DNA from: a virus
Taxonomy: Duplodnaviria > Caudoviricetes
Virus record (IMG/VR): IMGVR_UViG_3300032225_001439
Span: 1 to 30,717 of that record
Length of the DNA: 30,717 nucleotides
Reading direction: 5' to 3' (one strand)
Position numbers and translations under genes: made by a program. How positions within the stretch are numbered: position 1 is the first letter of the stretch; every line of letters begins with the position of its first letter. Positions 24,959 through 30,717 of the stretch are shown here, in pieces. The notes below the pieces were generated by a model. That model worked only from the letters and a program-made list of their open reading frames with translations, searched no databases and was not told the DNA's origin.

Positions 24959-27201
24959 AATACACCATCACGCTGCGGCATGACACTGCCGCGAATTGGT
25001 CCACCTGCAACCCCACGCTCAGCGCCGGTGAGTTTGGCTTTGAGACTGACACGCAGCGCCTTAAGCTCGGCACGGGCAGCACCGCCTGGAATAGCCTGGC
25101 CTACCTGCCCATCGGCAGCCTGGTGCCCACCACCAGCTCAGGGGCCATTTCCGCGCTCACCACCACGCAGCAGGCCCAGCTCATGGCTGGCAGCCTAGTT
25201 GCCACCACAGACGGAAAGCGCTGGCTCTACTCAGGCACTGGCTCAAAAACTGCCGAGGGCAGCTACCTGCTCCTGGCCGATAGCAGCACAGAGTGGGCAG
25301 ACATTCAAAACCGGCCCAGCACCTTCGCCCCCAGTGCCCACACGCACACTGCCAGCCAGGTGACCGATTTCGCGGCAGCCGTTGTGGCGGCAGCACCGCC
25401 CACCACCAACGCATCCCTGCTCACGCAGGGCACGTTGCCGGATGCGCGCCTCTCTGGAAATGTTGTCCTGACCACAGACTCCAGGCTTTCCAACGCGCGG
25501 ACACCCACGGCGCACACGCACACCACGCAACAAATTACCGGAGAGGGCGGCGCATATACGCTTTCTGGCGCTGATACATTTTTAGGGCAGCTGGCAAATA
25601 ACGGGCTCACAGACGCGATAGACGCTTATGGTGGCGTGAGCTGGCAAAGTTTGACCGATGTGCCCACAACATTTGCGCCAGCAGCTCACACCCACACCAT
25701 CAGTGAAATTGTTGGGCTCCAAACACAGCTCAATGCAAAAGCCACCCCGGCGGATGTGACCGCAGCCATTTCCGGTGTCATCAATGCCGCACCCGCTGCC
25801 CTGGACACGCTTAATGAGCTGGCGGCGGCGCTTGGCAATGATGCCAATTTTTCCGCCACGGTCACCAACGCGCTGGCTGCAAAAGCGCCGCTGGCAAGCC
25901 CGACATTTACAGGCACGGTCAGCGGCATCAGCAAGGGCATGGTGGGCCTCGGCAATGTGGACAACACAGCCGATGCCAGCAAGCCGGTCAGCACCGCCCA
26001 GGCGGCAGCCAATGCTGTTGTGGCCTCGGCAGCGGCTGCGGATGCCACCAGCAAGGCCAGCGCGGCCCAGGCTTACGCTGTGCAGCGTGCCAACCACACG
26101 GGCACGCAAGCCTGGTCCACGATTGTCAGCACACCCGCCACGCTGGCTGGCTATGGAATCACGGACGGTGTGACCACCTCGGACGCGCGGCTCTCTGACA
26201 CGCGCACACCAACCGATGGTAGCGTCACCGCTGCAAAGATTGCCGCCAATCAATCGGTCAGTTTTTCCGGTGTGACCGCAGGCACCAGCGGCATCACTTG
26301 CAACGCTGGCACGATTGGCACGGTTGGTGGCACGCTCCGCGTTGGCTCATTGCCCGCCAATGTCACCGTGTTTTTGGTGACCAGCGCGGGCCAGGTCACA
26401 TCTGGCTCATGGATGGCATCCGCCGTGGGCGTTTCATACGGTGGCACAGGAGCCACCACGGCAGCAGACGCGCGCACCAACCTGGGCCTGGCCATTGGCA
26501 CCGATGTGGCAGCTGCCAGCCACACCCACGCTGCCGGTGCCATAGCATCGGGCACAATCGACACCGCGCGCCTCGGGAGCGGCACGGCCTCCGCGTCAAC
26601 GTATCTGCGCGGCGACCAAACGTGGGCAGCAATTTCCACATACACGCTCCCTGCCGCCACTGTGTCCAGCCTCGGTGGGGTGATTGTTGGCGCTGGCCTT
26701 GGTGTATCGTCCGGCACGGTTTCGGTGCAGTATGGAACCACCAGTGGCACAGCGTGCCAGGGCTCCGATTCGCGCCTTTCTGACGCGCGTGTTCCGACTG
26801 CGCACGCAAGTAGCCACGCAAGCGGCGGGAGCGATGCCATTTCGATTGCGGCATCACAAATCACCAGCGGCACGCTGGCAGCGGCACGCTTGCCGGTTGT
26901 TTTGGAGCAATCGGCTGCGGTGGGAAACTCAGGCACCGCCACTACGCTGAGCCTTTCATCAGCCAGCGTGCAAACTGTGACGCTAACAGGCAACTGCACT
27001 TTCACCATGCCAACGGTGGCAGCTGGCGCATCAATCACGCTCATCCTCACGCAGAGCGCGGCATTTACTGCATCGTTTACTGGAGTGCTGTGGAGTGGTG
27101 GCACCGCGCCGACAATCACAGCCACGTCCAGCAAACGGGACATCCTGGTGTTTGTTTCGGATGGCTCAAGCTGGTTTGGCACCGCGCTGCAGAATTTCTG
27201 A
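24955..27201 (+). CDS. Fibre protein with Mtd/hyaluronidase-type N-terminal module and His-containing repeats
   Basis: LRHDTAANW...NPTLSAGEFGFETDT..LKLGTGSTAWNSLAY; AHTHT repeats; APAALDTLNELAAALGND; VGLGNVDNTADASKPVSTA. Confidence 0.82.
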   Translation: MKYTITLRHDTAANWSTCNPTLSAGEFGFETDTQRLKLGTGSTAWNSLAYLPIGSLVPTTSSGAISALTTTQQAQLMAGSLVATTDGKRWLYSGTGSKTAEGSYLLLADSSTEWADIQNRPSTFAPSAHTHTASQVTDFAAAVVAAAPPTTNASLLTQGTLPDARLSGNVVLTTDSRLSNARTPTAHTHTTQQITGEGGAYTLSGADTFLGQLANNGLTDAIDAYGGVSWQSLTDVPTTFAPAAHTHTISEIVGLQTQLNAKATPADVTAAISGVINAAPAALDTLNELAAALGNDANFSATVTNALAAKAPLASPTFTGTVSGISKGMVGLGNVDNTADASKPVSTAQAAANAVVASAAAADATSKASAAQAYAVQRANHTGTQAWSTIVSTPATLAGYGITDGVTTSDARLSDTRTPTDGSVTAAKIAANQSVSFSGVTAGTSGITCNAGTIGTVGGTLRVGSLPANVTVFLVTSAGQVTSGSWMASAVGVSYGGTGATTAADARTNLGLAIGTDVAAASHTHAAGAIASGTIDTARLGSGTASASTYLRGDQTWAAISTYTLPAATVSSLGGVIVGAGLGVSSGTVSVQYGTTSGTACQGSDSRLSDARVPTAHASSHASGGSDAISIAASQITSGTLAAARLPVVLEQSAAVGNSGTATTLSLSSASVQTVTLTGNCTFTMPTVAAGASITLILTQSAAFTASFTGVLWSGGTAPTITATSSKRDILVFVSDGSSWFGTALQNF

Positions 27202-27962
27202 TGTTATCAGCAAAAGCTGGTTTTTTTCACGTTGCCAGCAAATACGCATCTCTGCGCACAGGGCTGGTGGCTTTTTGGCAGCTCAATGAGGCAGTGGCAA
27301 GTGGCAACACAAACGCCACAGATTGGACCGGCATGGGCAACACTCTGACAGCAACAAATGCGCCGCTATCTGCAACCGGGATGGTGGCAAATGGCAGAAA
27401 TTTTGTTTCCGCATCCTCTCAATACCTTTCGGCCAACAGCAGCACAGATTTGCAGTTTGGGAATGGGAATTGGTCAATCAGCGTGTGGGTGAAAAACACA
27501 TCCAACTATTCGGGCAGCTCGGCACTTTTTCAGCATGTGGTGGGCAAAGATGCGTCCACTGGGCGAGAGTTTGGCCTGCGCACGCAAATTACAAACACGG
27601 GTTTAAACGGCTACACAGCCTCCGTTTTTCACACAGACGGCTCAGAGCTGGCGGTTCAATTTCCAGGGTTTGCAAATAAAAATAGTTTTACTGGGACGTG
27701 GAATCATTTAGCAGTCACGCACAATTCTGGAACCGTTACGGCGTATTTTAATTATTCACAAACCTCCACAGGCTCACGCGGCGCTAGTAAGACATTTGCA
27801 GCAACATCCACCCAGTTCAATATTGGCAGGCGCTCATACTCTGGATTCAATGAGTACCTGGATGGTGTCGTGGATGAGGTGGCCAAGTGGAACCGCGCGC
27901 TATCGGCCTCGGAAGTGCAGGCGATTTATAACGGCGGCGCAGGGCTAGACATTACGGGCTAG
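27201..27962 (+). CDS. LamG/concanavalin A-like domain virion protein
   Basis: GLVAFWQLNE, WSISVWVK, WNHLAVT, FNIGRR, GVVDEVAKWNRALSASEV; TGATG coupling. Confidence 0.88.
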   Translation: MLSAKAGFFHVASKYASLRTGLVAFWQLNEAVASGNTNATDWTGMGNTLTATNAPLSATGMVANGRNFVSASSQYLSANSSTDLQFGNGNWSISVWVKNTSNYSGSSALFQHVVGKDASTGREFGLRTQITNTGLNGYTASVFHTDGSELAVQFPGFANKNSFTGTWNHLAVTHNSGTVTAYFNYSQTSTGSRGASKTFAATSTQFNIGRRSYSGFNEYLDGVVDEVAKWNRALSASEVQAIYNGGAGLDITG

Positions 27963-27988
27963 CACAGCAGCACCCACGGAGGAACCAC

Positions 27989-28447
27989 ATGGCAAGCATT
28001 GCAGTGCAGTTGGCTGATGCCCTGGCTGCCGGGCTCAATTCGCACGCATTTTACGCACCCTATGCCAGCCTCGGGGCGGTGCGCCGGTATGTGCCAGACG
28101 CGGATGGCGCAAGCCTGGACACGCTCACGGTGTCTGTGGTGCCAGGCCCGTATGAAATCGACCACACGCAGGCGCGCGGGTTTGACCTGTTTTCACACTC
28201 GACCTATGTGGTGCTGGCCAAGCATGTGCAGCCGGATGAGCTGGATGGCCTCATGCAGCTCCAGCAGCAGGTGGCCGATGTCGTGCGCTCCAAAATCCTG
28301 GTCATGCCATCGATGCCCTCCGGTGCGGTGTGGTGGAGCGTGGCGGTGCAGACATCATTTGACCGGGACGCGCTGACAGACCGGAGGCTTTTCCTGAGCC
28401 AGATTGAAGTGGTGTACCGGGTGCCGCGCGACACGCTCACCAGCTGA
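27989..28447 (+). CDS. Probable tail terminator/completion protein
   Basis: Size and position in the neck module; GGAGG SD. Confidence 0.55.
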   Translation: MASIAVQLADALAAGLNSHAFYAPYASLGAVRRYVPDADGASLDTLTVSVVPGPYEIDHTQARGFDLFSHSTYVVLAKHVQPDELDGLMQLQQQVADVVRSKILVMPSMPSGAVWWSVAVQTSFDRDALTDRRLFLSQIEVVYRVPRDTLTS

Positions 28448-28455
28448 GGCCCACC

Positions 28456-29208
28456 ATGGGTGTCATCCTCCCGCAATCCCGCAACCCGCTGCTGGCGGGC
28501 ATCAATTTGAATGTGCCCGGCATCCCGGGGCGCATCAATTTTGAATACTTTTTTGACCGGGCCGACATCCAAAAAATGATGGATGCGGCCACGCGGAAAG
28601 CCCTCAGCAAAATCGGCCTCAATGTCATGTATGCCGCGCGGAAAAGCATATTGAAAAAAGGTCTGGCCAAGGCCAAACCGCGCATCATGAAAGAAAACCC
28701 AGGCATCAGCATTCGTGAGCTGCTGCACCGCACCGCCAACAGTGACAACCGGCACACCAGGCGGCAACACACGCAGCTGCTCAAGCGCCTCTATGAGATT
28801 CGGGAGAAACCGGCCAGCGCCCCAGGCACCCCGCCACACACGCACATGGGCACGCTGCGGAAATCCATCGTGTTTGCCTATGATCCCTCCACGCAGAGTG
28901 TGGTGGTGGGCACATTCATGCACGGCATTGGTTGGATTGCCAGCCTTCATGAGTTTGGCGGCAGCGTGCAGCAGCAGGCATTTGCATTTATCCCCCGCTG
29001 GCCAAACCCGCGCTCTGGGCTTTTAGCCTGGATGCGCGTGGGCACCAGGCCCCGTGATATGTCGAGGTGGGAGCCCACCAAATTACGGCGCACAGCTGCA
29101 TACCCCACGCGAAGTTTCATGGGCGCTGCCATGCTGAAAATGTTGCGGGAGGGCAAGATTCCCGCTGCCTACCAGAATCGTTTCGGCATCGGGGGCCTCG
29201 GAAACTGA
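28456..29208 (+). CDS. Neck/tail completion protein (HK97 gp10-like)
   Basis: SAPGTPPHTHMGTLRKSI...LHEFGG...YPTRSFM motifs. Confidence 0.7.
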   Translation: MGVILPQSRNPLLAGINLNVPGIPGRINFEYFFDRADIQKMMDAATRKALSKIGLNVMYAARKSILKKGLAKAKPRIMKENPGISIRELLHRTANSDNRHTRRQHTQLLKRLYEIREKPASAPGTPPHTHMGTLRKSIVFAYDPSTQSVVVGTFMHGIGWIASLHEFGGSVQQQAFAFIPRWPNPRSGLLAWMRVGTRPRDMSRWEPTKLRRTAAYPTRSFMGAAMLKMLREGKIPAAYQNRFGIGGLGN

Positions 29209-29268
29209 TGGTATACTGAGGTACAGGTGCCCAGATGGGCCCAAAAACACACTGAATGAGGAGATGCT

Positions 29269-29613
29269 GTGGCCACCTACCAGCTCGGCAAAGATGTAAC
29301 GGTTTCCGGCTTTTCTGGTGTGCGTGATGTGTCGTTCACTGCCGAGGCTGAGCAGGTGGATGTCACCACGCGCGACACCACTGGCAACGGCTATAAGCAG
29401 ATGGCTGCCGGTTTCACCACCAACACGATTGAGCTGACGGTGCTGGGAGATGCCAGCAAGAGTGTTGGCAGCTCGGTCAGCGTCACCTCAACCATCGGCA
29501 GCGTTTCCGGCATCATCGTGAGCGCCCAGCGCTCTGAGCCGATTGATGACGTTATTTCGTACAAACTCACCATCAAGCCGGGCAACGCGGCCACCTCCCC
29601 GCAGAGCATCTAA
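29269..29613 (+). CDS. Tail tube-like protein, paralogue 1
   Basis: YQLGKD...VRDVSFTAEAEQVDVTTRD...SEPIDDVISYKLTIKP; GAGGAG SD. Confidence 0.7.
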   Translation: MATYQLGKDVTVSGFSGVRDVSFTAEAEQVDVTTRDTTGNGYKQMAAGFTTNTIELTVLGDASKSVGSSVSVTSTIGSVSGIIVSAQRSEPIDDVISYKLTIKPGNAATSPQSI

Positions 29614-29631
29614 CACTAGGAAACATTTCCC

Positions 29632-29985
29632 ATGCCAACAGGCACAACCAGCTACGCGCTCGGCAGACTTGCCACCATCACCGCCCCTGGTGTGACGCAG
29701 GCCAATGTGGTCAACGTCACCGGAACGGTTGAGGGAAACCAGATTGATGTGACCGCATTTGGCGACACCGCGCGGAAATTCCAAGTGGGCCTGTTTGATG
29801 GCACTTTTGAAGTTGAGGTGACATCGCACAGCGCTACGATTGGCGCGCAGGGCACGGTCACCATTGGCAACTTTTCTCAAAACTGCGCGCTGGTGAACAT
29901 TAGCGCCAGCGCATCGCTCAGCGACAGGGCCAGCTATACGCTGACCTATAAACCGTGCCTGGCAAACACCACTGGCGGTGCCTGA
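29632..29985 (+). CDS. Tail tube-like protein, paralogue 2
   Basis: YALGR...VVNVTGTVEGNQIDVTAFGDTARKFQVGLFDG...SYTLTYKP. Confidence 0.7.
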   Translation: MPTGTTSYALGRLATITAPGVTQANVVNVTGTVEGNQIDVTAFGDTARKFQVGLFDGTFEVEVTSHSATIGAQGTVTIGNFSQNCALVNISASASLSDRASYTLTYKPCLANTTGGA

Positions 29986-30012
29986 CCTCGGGAGGGGTGA
30001 GGAGCGCCGCGC

Positions 30013-30372
30013 ATGCCTACCTACGCTCTGGGAAAAGACACCCAGGTTTATGTAAACAACAACGCGCTGGCCGGTGTGCGCAATGTCAGCGTTTCTGTGG
30101 ATGCGAATGAGCGGGAAATAACACCATTTGGCGGGAGCCTGGTGACATACCTGCCCATCCACTACGCAGTGAGCATTGACATCGAGGTGATAAATACCAG
30201 CACGGCCAGCACCCTGCTGGGGTATTTGTCAGAAACACCACCCACCAGGCTCACGGTTGCAGTGGGCTCATATTCGGGTTTGTTTATCGTGTCCTCGGTG
30301 TCGGACAGTTATCCCCTGGATGGTGTTGTGAGCCACAATTTCAAGTTCAAAAAATGGGGGTACACATCGTGA
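30013..30372 (+). CDS. Tail tube-like protein, paralogue 3
   Basis: YALGKD...VRNVSVSVDANEREITPFG...SYPLDGVVSHNFKFK. Confidence 0.65.
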   Translation: MPTYALGKDTQVYVNNNALAGVRNVSVSVDANEREITPFGGSLVTYLPIHYAVSIDIEVINTSTASTLLGYLSETPPTRLTVAVGSYSGLFIVSSVSDSYPLDGVVSHNFKFKKWGYTS

Positions 30373-30717
30373 AAACATTCCGCAGTGCTGACGGGCAGGA
30401 GTGGCAGGTGGCCGTCAACGCGCTCACCATCAAGAGGGTCATGGACATCACTGGGGTCAAGCTCACGGATATTGTGGACAAACCCGACCAGCTCACCGAG
30501 GTGTTTTCCGATGACATCAAGGTGGTGGAGCTGCTGGCGGCGGTGGTCAAACCGCAGCTGGATGATCGGGGCATGACGGTGGACCAGTTTTTCGCCGGAT
30601 GCGTTGGCGACACCATCGGCACTGCCATCAATGACGCGCTGCTGCCCGAGATAATCGATTTTTTCCGAGAGCCCCGGCGGGGGCTGCTCAAACGCGCGAT
30701 GGAGCGCTACACGGCAG
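30369..30717 (+). CDS. Probable tail assembly chaperone, truncated by the window end
   Basis: GTG 30369 overlaps the upstream TGA; frame open to the end: MKTFRSADGQEWQVAVNALTIKRV...IIDFFREPRRGLLKRA. Confidence 0.65.
   Translation, partial: MKTFRSADGQEWQVAVNALTIKRVMDITGVKLTDIVDKPDQLTEVFSDDIKVVELLAAVVKPQLDDRGMTVDQFFAGCVGDTIGTAINDALLPEIIDFFREPRRGLLKRAMERYTA

Larger units (their letters stand above)
1..30717. mobile_element. Temperate tailed bacteriophage genome segment (siphovirus-like), probably the excised/attP form
   Basis: Terminase, portal, capsid, tail, integrase, att core and replication genes in phage-like modules with many overlapping stop/start codons; no housekeeping genes seen. Confidence 0.96.

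Noticed and set aside
24955-27962. Diversity-generating retroelement suggested by the Mtd-like N-terminus
   Set aside because: No reverse transcriptase and no template/variable repeat pair seen; this N-terminal module is a general fibre anchor.
557-27985. Other ACGGAGG/ATGGAGG ribosome-binding sites as CsrA targets (near 558, 20441, 27976)
   Set aside because: GGA is part of any SD sequence; single sites without clustered hairpins are not evidence.
1-30717. CRISPR array
   Set aside because: No run of equal-length repeats with unique spacers was seen.
1-30717. Impression of frequent AAA/TTT codons and possible restriction-site avoidance
   Set aside because: Cannot be quantified by eye; needs k-mer observed/expected counts.
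30369-30717. Programmed frameshift in the tail chaperone
   Set aside because: The gene is cut by the window end, so a slippery site and second frame cannot be assessed.

Overview
The whole window reads as one GC-rich, temperate, tailed (siphovirus-like) phage genome segment with no host genes. Order: 3' end of a BACON-like fibre gene; small genes, a metallophosphoesterase and a DUF6378-like gene; a block of exported/membrane proteins around a papain-like (C1) cysteine peptidase in the position of a lysis module; a leftward accessory operon (hypothetical, TGT/DpdA-like transglycosylase, stand-alone prim-pol domain); excisionase-like HTH, tyrosine integrase and an attP-like 3' part of tRNA-Arg(ACG); XRE regulator; a control region with paired operators; an early operon (CsrA, Sak4-like AAA ATPase, SSB-like protein, initiator with internal iterons, DUF3310, resolvase); terminase large subunit, GNAT, portal, protease-capsid fusion, DUF2190, head closure, fibre and LamG proteins, three paralogous tail-tube-like genes and a truncated tail chaperone. 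Phage genes on both sides of the att core suggest the excised form. A Planctomycetota host is an inference from protein family styles, not shown. The most notable signals are a phage csrA with clusters of GGA-loop hairpins over its own and neighbouring leaders, a perfect 17-bp inverted repeat overlapping two promoters next to the recombinase, and an orphan TGT-like/prim-pol cassette. All family calls come from motif recognition by eye; no searches were run.
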